Under the pieces are notes generated by a model. It saw only the letters and a list, made by a program, of their open reading frames with translations. It was not told the origin of the DNA and did no database searches. Positions 9,863 to 21,481 of a DNA stretch of 64,000 nt are shown one piece after another. How positions within the stretch are numbered: the first letter of the stretch is position 1; each line of letters starts with the position of its first letter. The position numbers and the translations under genes are program-made. The stretch is from Methanothrix sp. (GTDB lineage Archaea; Halobacteriota; Methanosarcinia; Methanotrichales; Methanotrichaceae). The stretch is from the NCBI GenBank assembly GCA_963682135.1, contig OY821645.1, positions 1,120,001-1,184,000 on the forward strand. Direction: 5' to 3'.

Positions 9863-10864
9863 TCACGTCTTTTCGGCAGAAGTCGTTGAATGGCTGAGAT
9901 TTATGGTCAATTCGCCGATGTTCATGATGTAGTCAAGCATGCGCTCCAGACTGCTGGCCAGGACCAGTCGAACCACCATCTCAGATTTGTCTTTGCTGTC
10001 TGATGAATTGGCTATTCCCTCGGCATGCTTCTGGATCTCCCTGATCCTGTCGATGAGCTCATTGGCCTTGTTGGAGTTGGTCTGCAGCAAATAGGATATC
10101 GAGTCGTCAAGCAGGCCGCACAGCAATGACTCCATGCGCAAAAGCTCCTCTTTCAAGTCTTCCGGCAGGTTGTAGCTTCGCTGGCTGGCAATCTCAGCAA
10201 TGCGATGGGCATGGTCAGCTATGCGCTCCAGGTTGGATGACGCCTGCATATAATTGAAGGCGGTGATGGGATTGAGCGTCTCTTGCTTTACAGAGCCCGA
10301 TCTCAGGATCTCGGTGAACTGGCGGGCGATGAGAAGATTGAGCCGGTCCACATCATTGTCCCTCTGGATCACATCCGCCGCCAGCTCCTCGTTATTATTC
10401 AGAAGGCTGGAGAGCGAATCGGATATCATGGATTTCACTACGGTTCGGATTCGCTTCAAGGCCCGCTCTGATTGAAGTTCCTCGGAGCTTAACAGGTCCT
10501 GAATGACCACCTTGTTAATGGTCTCCTCCAAAATCTCGGGGCCGATGAGCTTGTTGACGATCTGGTGCAGATCCTTTTTCTGCATAGAGGACATATGCCC
10601 GGATGTAACCTCAATGGTTCTATAGCCGCCCACATAGCATCCGATGATATCTCTTATAAGGTGTTCTCCCATTTTGTCGCCGATATCCAGGCGCACTCGC
10701 ATGTCTCGCTCCGAGCGATCTGTGGACAATGTGAGGGCCCCATTATCTCCCTGATTGATGTAAATTATGCAGCCGGCGGAAATGCCGTTCTTGGTCGCCC
10801 AGCTCTTGGGAAGTGAGACGATAAATGTCGACTTGCCGGTCCGCTGCACCTTTCGTGTGTCCAT
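9863..10864 (-). CDS. phoU: Phosphate uptake regulator (AbrB-like N-domain plus PhoU domains)
   Basis: RKVQRTGKSTFIVSLPKSW; DNDVDRL; LERIADHA. Confidence 0.9.
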   Translation of the reverse strand: MDTRKVQRTGKSTFIVSLPKSWATKNGISAGCIIYINQGDNGALTLSTDRSERDMRVRLDIGDKMGEHLIRDIIGCYVGGYRTIEVTSGHMSSMQKKDLHQIVNKLIGPEILEETINKVVIQDLLSSEELQSERALKRIRTVVKSMISDSLSSLLNNNEELAADVIQRDNDVDRLNLLIARQFTEILRSGSVKQETLNPITAFNYMQASSNLERIADHAHRIAEIASQRSYNLPEDLKEELLRMESLLCGLLDDSISYLLQTNSNKANELIDRIREIQKHAEGIANSSDSKDKSEMVVRLVLASSLERMLDYIMNIGELTINLSHSTTSAEKT

Positions 10865-10872
10865 AAATAGCC

Positions 10873-11532
10873 CTAGTTGAGATGTTCTCTTTTTGCTTCC
10901 ACCATATAGACGATGGTCTCACAAATATTGCAGATATGATCGCCGGTCCTTTCCAGATGTCTGTTCACCATGAGCAGAGCCGTTCCCTCGTTGATCACTT
11001 CGGGTCTCTCTATAATTATCTTCAGGAGCTTGGTTCTGGCTTTGACGTACAGCCCGTCGATTTCATAATCCCATTTGGTAACCTGCCTGGCCAGATCGGC
11101 ATCGCTATTCATGAGGGCCTCCATGGACCCTTCGAGCATCTTTTTGCAGATCTCAGCCATGCGGGGGATATACTCCAGCTTTGTTATCTGGATCTTATTT
11201 TGCGATTGCGTGGTGACTCTTGCTACATCTACCGCCAGGTCGCCGATCCTCTCCAGATCTATGCCGATCTTCAGTATGCCTATAATGCGTCTGAGGTCCT
11301 TGGCCATCGGTTGCTGCAAGGCCAGAAGCTCCATGCATAAATTCTCTATCTTCAGGCCAAGGTCGTCCATTTCTTGATCGTGTTTGATGACATCTCTCGC
11401 CAGATCTATATCACAATCACGCAAAGCTAATACGGACTTGTCTATAGCTTCGCCACCTCGAATTGCCTGATCTTTTGTGAGATTCTTCAGCTCTTTCAGA
11501 TCTCTGTGATACCGCTCTCGATACGGGCTCAT
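10873..11532 (-). CDS. phoU: Phosphate signalling protein PhoU
   Basis: LQQPMAKDLR, DLERIGDLA, LERTGDHICNICE. Confidence 0.95.
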   Translation of the reverse strand: MSPYRERYHRDLKELKNLTKDQAIRGGEAIDKSVLALRDCDIDLARDVIKHDQEMDDLGLKIENLCMELLALQQPMAKDLRRIIGILKIGIDLERIGDLAVDVARVTTQSQNKIQITKLEYIPRMAEICKKMLEGSMEALMNSDADLARQVTKWDYEIDGLYVKARTKLLKIIIERPEVINEGTALLMVNRHLERTGDHICNICETIVYMVEAKREHLN

Positions 11533-11579
11533 CCTACCACTCCTCTAAGCCGGTTGCTATTCATTTCCTGCCAAATCCT

Positions 11580-12326
11580 TTAGCCGAATCTTCCTGTGAT
11601 ATAATCTTCCGTGCTCTTTATTTTCGGCATCTCAAAGATGTGTCTTGTCTTTCCCACTTCGATAAGCTCGCCCAGCAAGAAGAAGGCCGTGCAGTCGGAT
11701 ATCCGAGCAGCTTGCTGCATGTTATGGGTCACAATCACCTGGGTATAGTTGTCTTTTAGAATCTCCATAAGGCTCTCGATCTTTCCGGTAGAGATGGGAT
11801 CCAGCGCACTGCAAGGTTCATCAAATAAAATGACATCAGGCTTCATGGCCAGTGTCCTGGCGATGCACAGTCTCTGCTGCTGACCACCGGATAGGCCCAT
11901 GGCCGGCTGGTCCAGCCTCTCGCTGACCTCTTCCCAGAGAGCAGCATCCAACAGACTGCGCTCTACAATTTTGTCGACATTTTTCTGCCCATGAATTCTA
12001 GGGCCATAGGCAATGTTATCGTAGATGGACATAGGAAAAGGATTGGGCTTCTGGAATACCATGCCGATCCGCTTGCGCAGTTCCACGACATCGACATCCT
12101 TTCCATAAATATCTATATCGTCATAGAGAACCTGGCCCTCAATGCGAATGTTTGTGACAAGATCGTTCATCCGGTTCAGACAGCGGATAAAAGTCGACTT
12201 GCCGCAGCCCGAAGGGCCAATTAGGGCTGTAATTTTTTTCTCAGGAATCTCCAGGCTTATATCCTTGAGAGCTTGCTTTTCTCCGTACCAGAGATTTAGA
12301 TTATTTGAGATGATCTTCGATGTCAC
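11580..12326 (-). CDS. pstB: Phosphate ABC transporter ATP-binding protein
   Basis: [38 protein letters not shown]. Confidence 0.96.
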   Translation of the reverse strand: MTSKIISNNLNLWYGEKQALKDISLEIPEKKITALIGPSGCGKSTFIRCLNRMNDLVTNIRIEGQVLYDDIDIYGKDVDVVELRKRIGMVFQKPNPFPMSIYDNIAYGPRIHGQKNVDKIVERSLLDAALWEEVSERLDQPAMGLSGGQQQRLCIARTLAMKPDVILFDEPCSALDPISTGKIESLMEILKDNYTQVIVTHNMQQAARISDCTAFFLLGELIEVGKTRHIFEMPKIKSTEDYITGRFG

Positions 12327-12386
12327 CGCATATCCCTTTTAGACGTCGTTCGCTACTGGTATTTGCTATTTGGCTATGATCGAGAG

Positions 12387-12480
12387 ATGACTATATAGAA
12401 CTTCCTATATAGACTATATATATGTCATGCTGCATACAAATATGGCTTCTGATCAGGCGAATCTTTTATATAGAACTTCA
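12387..12480. promoter_or_regulatory. Divergent pstB/thermosome promoter region with repeated CTATATAG and TATATAGAACTTC elements
   Basis: tatatagaacttc occurs at ~12392 and ~12467; three ctatata units in 12391-12420. Confidence 0.45.
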
Positions 12481-12519
12481 AACTGGTAGTATGAAAAAAA
12501 GTCGGGGAGGACTATAGGT

Positions 12520-14160
12520 TTGGCAGGTTTGAGCGGCGTACCGATAATTATACTAAAAGAAGGAAGCAAACGAGAGACAGGTAAAGAAGCGCAGCGCAGG
12601 AACATCTTAGCTGCAAAGGCGGTCGCAGAGGCTGTTCGGACCACCCTTGGACCCAAAGGGATGGACAAGATGCTCGTCGCCGGCGAAGAGGCAACCATCA
12701 CCAATGACGGAGCCACCATTCTCAGAGAGATGGATATTGAGCATCCAGTGGCCAAGATGATCGTCGAGGTGGCAAAAGCCCAGGACGACGAGATCGGAGA
12801 CGGCACCACTACAGCGGTGATAATCGCGGGCAAGCTGCTGGAAAAAGCCGAAGCGTTGCTGGATTCGGATGTCCACCCCACAGTCATCGTGCAGGGATAT
12901 AAGCAAGCTGCAGCCAGGGCGCAGGAAGTGCTTTCTTCCATGGCTATTGACGTCTCAGGCGACGAGAGCGTGCTGCTAAAGATTGCCCAGACAGCCATGC
13001 GAGGAAAGGGCATTGAGATCGCCATGGATAAGCTGGCAAAAATCTCAGTGGATGCTGCACGTGCCGTAGCTGGTTTTGAGGGCAAGGACATTGAAGAAAA
13101 TGTCAAGATCGTCCTCATTCCGGGCGGCAAAATAGAGGACTCGGGTCTTAACTACGGCATAGTAATCGAGAAAGAGAGAACATCCCTGGAGATGCCTAAA
13201 AGCATAGCTGCAGCCAAGATCATGCTCCTGGAAGGCACTCTCGAACTAAAGAAGCTGGATACGGATGCCAAGATCACTATAACAGAGGCCAAGAATCTCG
13301 CCGGCTTTAGAGAGGGCGAAGAGGCGGTCATCAAGTCTCAGGTTGATGCCATTGTCGCAGCAGGAGCTAATGTTGTCTTCTGCGAGAAGGGCATAGGTGT
13401 TACAGCCCAAAACTATCTGGCAAGGCTGGGAATTCTGGCTGTTCGCCGGGTTAAGAGAGAGGATCTGAAGATGCTGGCCTTGGCTACAGGGGCAAGGCTG
13501 GTAGGCGACGTGATGGTCGTCACTGCCAAGGATCTGGGATCGGCAGCTCTTGTGGAAGAGCGCAAGATCGGCAAAGATAAGCACATGATCTTCGTGGAGG
13601 GCTGCGAGAAGGCCAAGGCGGTATCCATCATCCTGCACGGTGTCTCGGAGCAGTTCTTAGAAGAGATGGAGCGCGCCCTGGATGATGCCCTCAATGTGGT
13701 AATGGACGTAATTCGCTCCGGAAAGATTGTGCCCGGCGGAGGCGCTCCGGAGATCGTTGTGGCCGAGAACCTGAGACAGTATGCTTCCACCCTGGAAGGG
13801 CGAGAGCAATTGGCTGTCAGGGCCTTTGCCGATGCAGTGGAGTCCATCCCCCTGACTCTGGCTGAGAACTCGGGTTTCGATCCAGTGGACAGCTTAGCGG
13901 CTCTGAGGGCCAAGAGCGGTCAGGGCATGAAGAACTTCGGGCTGAACTTGATAACCGGCCAGCCCGCAGATATGCTGGCTCTGGGCATTGTGGAGCCGTT
14001 AAAAGTAAAGACACAGGCCATAAAATCTGCAACTGAAGCTGCCACCATGGTTTTGCGGGTAGATGATGTCATTGCAGCCAAGAGAGAAGAGATGGCACCC
14101 AAGCCCGGTCAGAGCCCGCATGACTACACCATGCCTCCTATGCAGATGCCTCACTACTAA
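12520..14160 (+). CDS. Thermosome (group II chaperonin) subunit
   Basis: TTLGPKGMDKML, ITNDGATIL, GDGTTT, VPGGGA. Confidence 0.95.
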   Translation: MAGLSGVPIIILKEGSKRETGKEAQRRNILAAKAVAEAVRTTLGPKGMDKMLVAGEEATITNDGATILREMDIEHPVAKMIVEVAKAQDDEIGDGTTTAVIIAGKLLEKAEALLDSDVHPTVIVQGYKQAAARAQEVLSSMAIDVSGDESVLLKIAQTAMRGKGIEIAMDKLAKISVDAARAVAGFEGKDIEENVKIVLIPGGKIEDSGLNYGIVIEKERTSLEMPKSIAAAKIMLLEGTLELKKLDTDAKITITEAKNLAGFREGEEAVIKSQVDAIVAAGANVVFCEKGIGVTAQNYLARLGILAVRRVKREDLKMLALATGARLVGDVMVVTAKDLGSAALVEERKIGKDKHMIFVEGCEKAKAVSIILHGVSEQFLEEMERALDDALNVVMDVIRSGKIVPGGGAPEIVVAENLRQYASTLEGREQLAVRAFADAVESIPLTLAENSGFDPVDSLAALRAKSGQGMKNFGLNLITGQPADMLALGIVEPLKVKTQAIKSATEAATMVLRVDDVIAAKREEMAPKPGQSPHDYTMPPMQMPHY

Positions 14161-14246
14161 AGAAATGAGGGACCAAAAAAGGGACCGGCAAAAGCCGGCC
14201 TATTCCTCCCTGTGATTTCGATTTGGCCAAACTTTGGGTGGATATT

Positions 14247-14735
14247 ATGGCGGATGCTGATGAACAATCTGAAACGAAGACGGATACTTCAGGCATGAAT
14301 GTCGAGGAGCTACAACAGCAGCTCACTTCTGCCCAGAGCTTGGCGGAGGAGCGGCTCGACCTCTTGATGCGTTGTCGGGCGGATCTGGACAATATCATGA
14401 AAAGATCGGCCCGTGAGAAGGAAGCTAATGTAAAATACGCCTCTGAGAAGCTCGCATCAAAGCTTCTTCCTGTGCTTGACAGTCTGGAAGCTGCTGCAAA
14501 GCATGAAGAAGGCTGCAAGGCACTCTACATTCAATTGCTCGATATACTATCAGGAGAAGGGCTCATGCCTATTGTTGCAAAAGGGATGAAATTTGATCCC
14601 TATCGCCATGAGGCTCTCTTTCAGATCGAGAGCAAAGATCTGGAAGAAGGTATTGTAGCAGAAGAGATACAGAAGGGTTATCTGTTCAATTCCCATGTCA
14701 TCCGCTTCTCAAAAGTTGCGGTGGCGAAAAGATAA
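14247..14735 (+). CDS. grpE: Nucleotide exchange factor GrpE
   Basis: RADLDN, LLPVLDSLE, FDPYRHEA, QKGY; directly upstream of dnaK. Confidence 0.93.
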   Translation: MADADEQSETKTDTSGMNVEELQQQLTSAQSLAEERLDLLMRCRADLDNIMKRSAREKEANVKYASEKLASKLLPVLDSLEAAAKHEEGCKALYIQLLDILSGEGLMPIVAKGMKFDPYRHEALFQIESKDLEEGIVAEEIQKGYLFNSHVIRFSKVAVAKR

Positions 14736-14781
14736 AATAATCGCCAAGTTGTGATAACTTTCAAATTCAGGAGATGAGATC

Positions 14782-16647
14782 TTGTCAAAAATTATCGGCA
14801 TTGACCTTGGAACCAGCAACTCGGCGGCTGCAGTTCTAATCGGCGGCCGACCCACCATAATTCCCAGCGCAGAAGGGACAAGCATCGGCGGCAAGGCGTT
14901 TCCATCCTACGTGGCCTTTACCAAGGAAGGCCAGGTTCTGGTTGGCGAGCCGGCCAAGAGACAATCAGTCACCAATCCCGACGGCACGGTCACGGGCATC
15001 AAACGCAAGATGGGCACGGACTACAAAGTGAGGGTCCACGGAAAGGAGTACAGCCCGGAGGACATATCTGCTCAGATCCTGCGCAAGATCAAGACGGATG
15101 CTGAAACCTATCTGGCCGATACCGTAGACAAAGCCGTGATTACCGTTCCGGCTTACTTTAATGATAATCAGAGGCAGGCGACCAAGGATGCAGGAACCAT
15201 CGCCGGCCTGGAAGTAGTTCGCATCATCAATGAGCCTACGGCTGCAGCTCTGGCCTTTGGCCTCGATAAGGTAGGCGAGCATAAGATCCTGGTCTTTGAT
15301 TTGGGCGGCGGCACACTGGACGTCACCATCATGGAGATAGGCGAGGGGGTCTTCGAGGTCAGGTCCACCTCCGGCGACACTCAGCTGGGCGGCAGGGACA
15401 TGGACGAAAGGCTGACCAACTTTGTCCTGGCCAAATTCAAGCAGGATTCGGGCATTGACCTGAAGGGCGACTCCATGGCCATGCAGCGCCTGAGAGAAGC
15501 AGTTGAGGTTGCCAAGATTGAACTGTCCAGCGTGATGCAGACGAACTTGAATCTGCCTTACATCACGGCAGACGCCAGCGGCCCCAAGCACCTCTCCATG
15601 ACACTGGACCGCTCCAAGCTCGATGAACTGGTCCGGGATGTCATTGAACGCTGTCGCGGTCCCATAACTCAGGCCATGCGGGACAGCAAGCTGGAGAAAG
15701 CCGATATCGGAAAGATCATATTGGTAGGCGGCCCCACTAGAATGCCTATTGTGCAGGAGTTCGTCAAGGGCTTCATGGGCAAGGAGATAGAGCGAGGCGT
15801 GGACCCCATGGAATGCGTAGCTATGGGTGCGGCCATTCAGGCAGGCGTTCTGGGCGGTGAGGTCAAGGATCTGCTCCTATTGGACGTAACACCTCTCTCC
15901 CTGGGCATTGAGACCCTAGGCGCAGTCACCACCAAGCTGATTGAGAGAAATACCACCATTCCTACTCGCAAGAGCCAGATTTTCACCACGGCTGCAGACA
16001 ACCAGACCAGCGTTGAGGTCAATGTGCTTCAAGGAGAGAGGCCCATGGCCAAAGACAACGTCTCTTTGGGAAGGTTCACATTGGTGGGCATACCCCCGGC
16101 TCCTCGCGGCATTCCTCAGGTAGAGGTCACATTCGACATAGACGCCAACGGCATCATTCATGTCTCGGCCAAGGATCTGGCCACCAAGAAGGAGCAGAAT
16201 ATGACCATTACTGCGCCTCACAAACTGAGCAAGGATGAGATCGACTCCAAGATCAAAGACGCAGAGCGTTTTGCTGCCGACGATCTGAAGAGGAAGGAAG
16301 AGATCGAGGTCAAGAATGCGGCTGATTCTCTGGTCTATGCTTCTGAGAAGATGCTCAAAGATGCTGGCGATGTGGCCACTGCCGAGCAGAAGGAGAAGAT
16401 CGAGAAGGCCATTGCCGACCTGAAGAACGCTCAGACGGGCGGTGAAATTTCCGAGATCAAGGCCAAGACCGAAGGATTGCAAAATACCATATACGAGCTG
16501 TCGGCGGCCATGTACCAGAAGGCTGCACAGGAGCAGCAGGCCAAGCAACAGGCTTCAGAGGGTGCGGGGCAAGAGCAAACCTCTGGGCAAGGGCAGTCGG
16601 ATCAGACTGTAGATGCCGACTACGAAGTAGTAAACGACAAAAAGTAG
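14782..16647 (+). CDS. dnaK: Chaperone DnaK (Hsp70)
   Basis: [23 protein letters not shown]. Confidence 0.98.
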   Translation: MSKIIGIDLGTSNSAAAVLIGGRPTIIPSAEGTSIGGKAFPSYVAFTKEGQVLVGEPAKRQSVTNPDGTVTGIKRKMGTDYKVRVHGKEYSPEDISAQILRKIKTDAETYLADTVDKAVITVPAYFNDNQRQATKDAGTIAGLEVVRIINEPTAAALAFGLDKVGEHKILVFDLGGGTLDVTIMEIGEGVFEVRSTSGDTQLGGRDMDERLTNFVLAKFKQDSGIDLKGDSMAMQRLREAVEVAKIELSSVMQTNLNLPYITADASGPKHLSMTLDRSKLDELVRDVIERCRGPITQAMRDSKLEKADIGKIILVGGPTRMPIVQEFVKGFMGKEIERGVDPMECVAMGAAIQAGVLGGEVKDLLLLDVTPLSLGIETLGAVTTKLIERNTTIPTRKSQIFTTAADNQTSVEVNVLQGERPMAKDNVSLGRFTLVGIPPAPRGIPQVEVTFDIDANGIIHVSAKDLATKKEQNMTITAPHKLSKDEIDSKIKDAERFAADDLKRKEEIEVKNAADSLVYASEKMLKDAGDVATAEQKEKIEKAIADLKNAQTGGEISEIKAKTEGLQNTIYELSAAMYQKAAQEQQAKQQASEGAGQEQTSGQGQSDQTVDADYEVVNDKK

Positions 16648-16665
16648 ACTACAGGGAAATAAGAT

Positions 16666-17847
16666 ATGCCGGATAAGAAGGACTACTACGAGGTTCTGGG
16701 AGTACCCAAGGATTCGAGCGAGAAGGACATCAAGGGAGCTTATCGCAAGCTTGCCATGAAGTACCATCCCGACAGATCGGAAGAGCCCGATGCTGAAGAA
16801 AAATTCAAGGAACTATCCGAGGCCTATGCAGTCCTCTCGGATCCGGAAAAGCGACAGAAGTACGACCAGTTCGGTCACGCTGGAATCAACAGCCAGTACT
16901 CGCAAGAGGACCTGTTCCGCGGGGTAAACTTCGAGGATCTGTTGAGGGGCTTTGGCTTTGGCGGTGCCGGAGGCGGTGGCCGAGGTGGCGGCGAAGGCAT
17001 CTTTGATATGTTCTTCGGAGGCGGCGGCCGGGGCCAGCAGGCGCGTGGCCGGGATCTGCGTTACGATATAAACATCACATTAGAGCAGGCGGCCACCGGT
17101 CTGGAATCAACCATCGAGGTGCCTCGTACCGAGAATTGCTCCACCTGCCATGGCAGCGGAGCCAAGCCCGGTACCAGCCCCACCACCTGCAGCAACTGTC
17201 GGGGCACCGGCCAGATCACCCGCGCCCAGAACACTCCCTTCGGACAGATGGTCACCTCCTCGGCCTGTCCCAAGTGCGGTGGCAGGGGGCAGATTATCGT
17301 CACTCCTTGCGCAGATTGCTCCGGCTCTGGGAGGGTGCGAAAGAACCGCAAGATCAACATCAAGGTTCCGCCGGGCGTGGAGGACGGCCAGCACCTCAAG
17401 CTGCGTGGTCAGGGAGACGCCGCAGGAAAGGGAATGGAGAACGGAGACCTTTATGTGGTCATAAATGTCCGGCCCCATCCCCTGTTTCAGAGGGTGGAGA
17501 GCGATCTGCTCTTGGAGACGCCCATCAGCTTTACCCAGGCAGCTCTGGGCACCGAGCTGGAGGTCCCCACGTTAGGCGGGCGGGCCAAGATGAAGGTGCC
17601 GGCAGGGACGCAGACGGGAACCGTCTTCCGGCTGAGGGGAAAGGGCATGCCCAGGCTGCAGGGCCTGGGTGCAGGCGATCTGCATGTCAAGGTTAGGATC
17701 AAAACGCCTTCTTCTCTGACTGACCGGCAAAAGCAGCTCTTAGAAGCGCTGGCAGGGGAGTTTGGCGAGATGAAAAAGAAGCAGACTGAGAAAGAGAAGA
17801 GCCTCATCGACAAGATCGTGGATGAGGTGAAGAGTGCTGTGCAGTAA
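16666..17847 (+). CDS. dnaJ: Chaperone DnaJ
   Basis: J domain with HPD, G/F region, four CxxCxGxG repeats. Confidence 0.98.
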   Translation: MPDKKDYYEVLGVPKDSSEKDIKGAYRKLAMKYHPDRSEEPDAEEKFKELSEAYAVLSDPEKRQKYDQFGHAGINSQYSQEDLFRGVNFEDLLRGFGFGGAGGGGRGGGEGIFDMFFGGGGRGQQARGRDLRYDINITLEQAATGLESTIEVPRTENCSTCHGSGAKPGTSPTTCSNCRGTGQITRAQNTPFGQMVTSSACPKCGGRGQIIVTPCADCSGSGRVRKNRKINIKVPPGVEDGQHLKLRGQGDAAGKGMENGDLYVVINVRPHPLFQRVESDLLLETPISFTQAALGTELEVPTLGGRAKMKVPAGTQTGTVFRLRGKGMPRLQGLGAGDLHVKVRIKTPSSLTDRQKQLLEALAGEFGEMKKKQTEKEKSLIDKIVDEVKSAVQ

Positions 17848-17952
17848 CGTTTTCTTCCTCTTTACTCTTCTTCCGGGGCAATTTTTTCTCAATCCCAATC
17901 CTTATACGCTGAGAAGTCGCTAATTATTACTGATTGATCAATATAGATCAGT

Positions 17953-18357
17953 ATGCATGTGGATGTGATTGCCATGAGAATCGAATTGCTAGTCTTTGGG
18001 ATTTGCCTGATTTCGTTGGCTGCTCCGGGATACGCCACACTTCCCAGCGATGCACAGGTCATAAATCTGGACGAGAGTGTGGTGGGCTACGCTCCGGGCG
18101 CTTATTATAAGGTAGAGATTTCCTCACCGGCAACTCTGCAGGTCATTTTAGAGGAAGTGCCGGCGGAGATGCAGACCAGGGTCGCCATCATAAATGAGGA
18201 AGGCAACTGGCTTGCCAGCGAAGACACGACAAGTCCCGGTGAGAAGATGACGGTGGAGGCCAATGCAGACGTCCCAGGTTGGTATTACATCGCCATCTTG
18301 GAGCTAAATGGGAAGACTCTTGCTGATCCCTATTCATTCCGGGTTGTCATGATGTAA
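17953..18357 (+). CDS. Exported protein, PPC-like beta domain
   Basis: Signal peptide; YYKV...PGWYYIAI...PYSFRV pattern. Confidence 0.6.
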   Translation: MHVDVIAMRIELLVFGICLISLAAPGYATLPSDAQVINLDESVVGYAPGAYYKVEISSPATLQVILEEVPAEMQTRVAIINEEGNWLASEDTTSPGEKMTVEANADVPGWYYIAILELNGKTLADPYSFRVVMM

Positions 18358-18409
18358 TTGAACCTGCGTGAGGATGAAATCGGGATAAAAAAGCAAAAAT
18401 AGAGGTTGT

Positions 18410-19384
18410 TCAGCACTCACATTTTTCGTCCAGATAAATGTAATACCTGATTGGATTTGCATCGTCAATGACGCCCTGATCTGCGGTTTTGATCCTGATG
18501 TCTCCCAACAATTCGGTATCTTTATTCTTGCTGAGCGCTATGCTGTTGTCCTTGTTGTCCATGACTATGGTATCGGCACTGACACTGGCGATCCTCATCT
18601 TGCCAAATTCGGTATCTATCTTGACCGGCGTTGGCGTATCGGAGATCTGCCATAATCCACTTACAGTAGCGACAGTTTGGTTTTGAATGGTTACCGCGTT
18701 CTTGAAGTGAACCGCAATTATGACCAATCCCTTCTGTTCACCCTCATCAGTTCTATAGAGGTAGGTCTTATCAGCCATTGTCGCACCATCTTTAGAGGGC
18801 ATCAAGACCTTCGAATCCACAACCGCATCATTTTTGATGAGATCAACGAGCATGCCATTGGTATCGATATATTTGACGGCCAGTACATAGCCCTCAGCCA
18901 GCATTAGAGGCTGGCTGGCAGTGATGGTCGTCTGCGTATCGCTATCCATCAATATTGTCTGGAGCTGCTCCTCTGTCAGGGGATTTTCGTCTGTGGACTC
19001 TCTGAATAGCACCTCATTCCAGTCATCAATATTTTCATTGTCAGTGTATCCAGCAAAGTACTTCTTGCCCAGGAAGCCTATGACATTGTATGTGCCCCAG
19101 TCCTCGAATTCAAAGTCATTCGCCTGGGCAGTTGTGGAGTAAACAACTCCATTGGGTTCCTCGAGCTTTTCATAGGTGATATAAGTGCTGATTCTTTCCG
19201 TGCCCAGATCTTTGTCGATATCATAATAGAACCCTGCGAAATTCTGGGCGTTCCATTCGAAGTCGCCATTAGCCACTTGACCGCGGACCTCTTTTGCATA
19301 TGTCGGTCCCGCCATGAACAATATTGCCAGCAGGATGACAGTGCATATCATACAATGAGATCTCAAATAAATTCCTCGATGCAT
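18410..19384 (-). CDS. S-layer domain protein (Methanosarcinales DUF1608 type)
   Basis: EVRG...WNAQNFAGFYYDID.DLGTE, YNVIGFLGKKYFAGY. Confidence 0.85.
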   Translation of the reverse strand: MHRGIYLRSHCMICTVILLAILFMAGPTYAKEVRGQVANGDFEWNAQNFAGFYYDIDKDLGTERISTYITYEKLEEPNGVVYSTTAQANDFEFEDWGTYNVIGFLGKKYFAGYTDNENIDDWNEVLFRESTDENPLTEEQLQTILMDSDTQTTITASQPLMLAEGYVLAVKYIDTNGMLVDLIKNDAVVDSKVLMPSKDGATMADKTYLYRTDEGEQKGLVIIAVHFKNAVTIQNQTVATVSGLWQISDTPTPVKIDTEFGKMRIASVSADTIVMDNKDNSIALSKNKDTELLGDIRIKTADQGVIDDANPIRYYIYLDEKCEC

Positions 19385-19499
19385 ATTATCCCGTTCAACA
19401 TATGAAAAGGTTTGCGTGGATACTGGATGGATTGAATTATCAAAAAGGGATTTTTATCACTTCTTCATTCAATTATGTTCTCGCAGTATTGAGTACGTC

Positions 19500-20117
19500 T
19501 TATCCCCAAAAACTCTTCTGAGAGATGTGGTGCTCGCCTTCACTGTCGTGCACGATGCATCTTCCTCCCTCTTTTGCCTCGCCCCTCTCAAAGTCCCGGT
19601 ATCTTTCCAGGAGATGGATGGCTTCCTGGATCTCGAAGAGATAGCGCTTAACTAGCTGCACTGCCAGCTCATCAGCCACTTCGGAACTGATCTTTGATCC
19701 CAGGCCCCGGCACTCCGAGTGCATCAAATTGCCGTTATCTAAATAGAAGGGGTAGGTGCGACAGAGCAAGGGCCGACTGGAATAGATATTGCACCGTTCA
19801 TCTTGATAAAATCGGCAGGATTCTCCCTCTTTTCTTAGCCTCCATTCCAGGGTATGAAAGCAGCCATCTCTATCCCACTCGCCTTCCTCCGGCGGGCAGA
19901 CAACCTCCAGCCACAAGAGGCCCGTGTCCGTCTGGATGCGCCTTATCTCCTCAGGAAAGACGACCACGCTGTTGTCCTCTCCCCGGCAGCATTCCCCGCA
20001 TCTCTGGCAGTGAAATCCCAACTCTCGTATCCGAGAGGCCAGCTCTGTCAAGGAGATCTCCTTTGCTGCCAAGAGGGCTTCCTTGAGCCCGGCAATCCTA
20101 TCTTGTAGATTGCTCAT
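19500..20117 (-). CDS. YkgJ-family CxxCxxCC cysteine-cluster protein
   Basis: CQRCGECC, CRFY, CNIYSSRPLLCRTYPF; start overlaps the guaAA stop. Confidence 0.85.
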   Translation of the reverse strand: MSNLQDRIAGLKEALLAAKEISLTELASRIRELGFHCQRCGECCRGEDNSVVVFPEEIRRIQTDTGLLWLEVVCPPEEGEWDRDGCFHTLEWRLRKEGESCRFYQDERCNIYSSRPLLCRTYPFYLDNGNLMHSECRGLGSKISSEVADELAVQLVKRYLFEIQEAIHLLERYRDFERGEAKEGGRCIVHDSEGEHHISQKSFWG

Positions 20118-20677
20118 CTTTTGCACAGGGCGATAAAGTTGTCCAGAAGCTCTGGGCCGTATTCGGTGTGCACAACCTCGGGATGCCACTGCACGCCGTA
20201 GAGCGGTCTTGTCAGGTGCTTCATGGCCTCGATCTCGCAGACATTCGACCTGGCCAGAATCTCAAAGCCCTCGGGAAGCAGAGAGACCTGGTCCATGTGC
20301 GAGGCCCAGGTCTTGAAATTGGCAGGTAGGCCCCTTAAGATGTCATCTTCCTTGAGTATCTCTACATTTACCTCAGCGTATCCGCCCATGCTTCCGGCAA
20401 CCACTTTTCCTCCAAAGGTGGTGCCCATAAGCTGCATGCCCAGGCAAATACCCAGAATGGGGATATCAAGATCTCTCAGGTAATCCGCGCAGCGCCCGGC
20501 ACGCTCCAGGGTGGGACCTCCCCCCAGGATGAGGCCGTCAGCGTCAATCTTCTCCGGCTTAGTCTCATTGGAGATGAGGTCCGTCTCCACCTTTTCCCGA
20601 ATGGCGCGCCGGATAAGGTGATTGAACTGTCCATAGTTGTTGACCACAAGTATTCGCATTGTTCCATCTTGATGCAT
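20114..20677 (-). CDS. guaAA: GMP synthase glutamine amidotransferase subunit A
   Basis: NYGQFNHLI, LGICLGMQ, WASHMD, QWHPEV. Confidence 0.93.
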   Translation of the reverse strand: MHQDGTMRILVVNNYGQFNHLIRRAIREKVETDLISNETKPEKIDADGLILGGGPTLERAGRCADYLRDLDIPILGICLGMQLMGTTFGGKVVAGSMGGYAEVNVEILKEDDILRGLPANFKTWASHMDQVSLLPEGFEILARSNVCEIEAMKHLTRPLYGVQWHPEVVHTEYGPELLDNFIALCKR

Positions 20678-20750
20678 ATTATAATGATATATCTTTTGGC
20701 GAAAGGCTTAGATTACTAATTTATATGAAAAATGATTCTAAGGTATATGT

Positions 20751-21257
20751 ATGACGCAACCTTTTGACAGCATACTGATTGGAGAAGCATTGGTAGGAGA
20801 GGGCCCGGAGATCGCCCATATCGATCTTGTAATCGGGCCGAAAGGCAGCTACGTAGAGCAGGCATTTGTTAATAGCCTGGCTTCGCCTGCAAAGGGGCAT
20901 ACTCCCTTGCTGGCGGTCTTGGAGCCCAACCTGCCTGCCAAGCCCGCCACCCTTATGGTAAACAAGGTCACCATCAAGGGCGCAAACCAGGCCATACTCA
21001 TATTCGGCCCTGCTCAGGCGGCTGTAGCCAAGGCCGTAATGGACTGCGTGGCAGAAGGGACTCTGCCCCAGGAGCTGGCAGAAGAGCTGAGAATAATTGT
21101 ATCCGTGTTCATAGAGTGGGATGCAAAAGACAAGAAAAAGGTCTACGAATATAACTATTCAGCCACAAAGCTGGCCATTGAGCGCGCTGTAGCCAAGAAT
21201 CCCAAGGTGTCGGAAATACTGGCCAAGAAAGACTCTGCGAAGCATCCCTTTGCTTAG
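20751..21257 (+). CDS. fae: Formaldehyde-activating enzyme (stand-alone)
   Basis: [39 protein letters not shown] end. Confidence 0.93.
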   Translation: MTQPFDSILIGEALVGEGPEIAHIDLVIGPKGSYVEQAFVNSLASPAKGHTPLLAVLEPNLPAKPATLMVNKVTIKGANQAILIFGPAQAAVAKAVMDCVAEGTLPQELAEELRIIVSVFIEWDAKDKKKVYEYNYSATKLAIERAVAKNPKVSEILAKKDSAKHPFA

Positions 21258-21481
21258 ACGAATATAAAAAATATTCCTCAGGCGAGGCACTGAGTGGCCA
21301 TGATGGTACCGCGGTGCCTCGTCGCAAAACTGGTTAATAGAGAATTCATATGAAATTGCCGATGGTGGCGGGGCGCTAATAAGTCATCAATGTGAAAAAA
21401 AGATTCATAAATGTCAGATCCAACTTTTTGTCATGAAATTTTCAGTAGCGAGTGGGATAATGAAGAAAGGAGAGTGAGGAT

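Noticed and set aside
12520-17847. Group II chaperonin clustered with bacterial-type grpE-dnaK-dnaJ
   Set aside because: Coexistence of these systems is established in Methanosarcinales.
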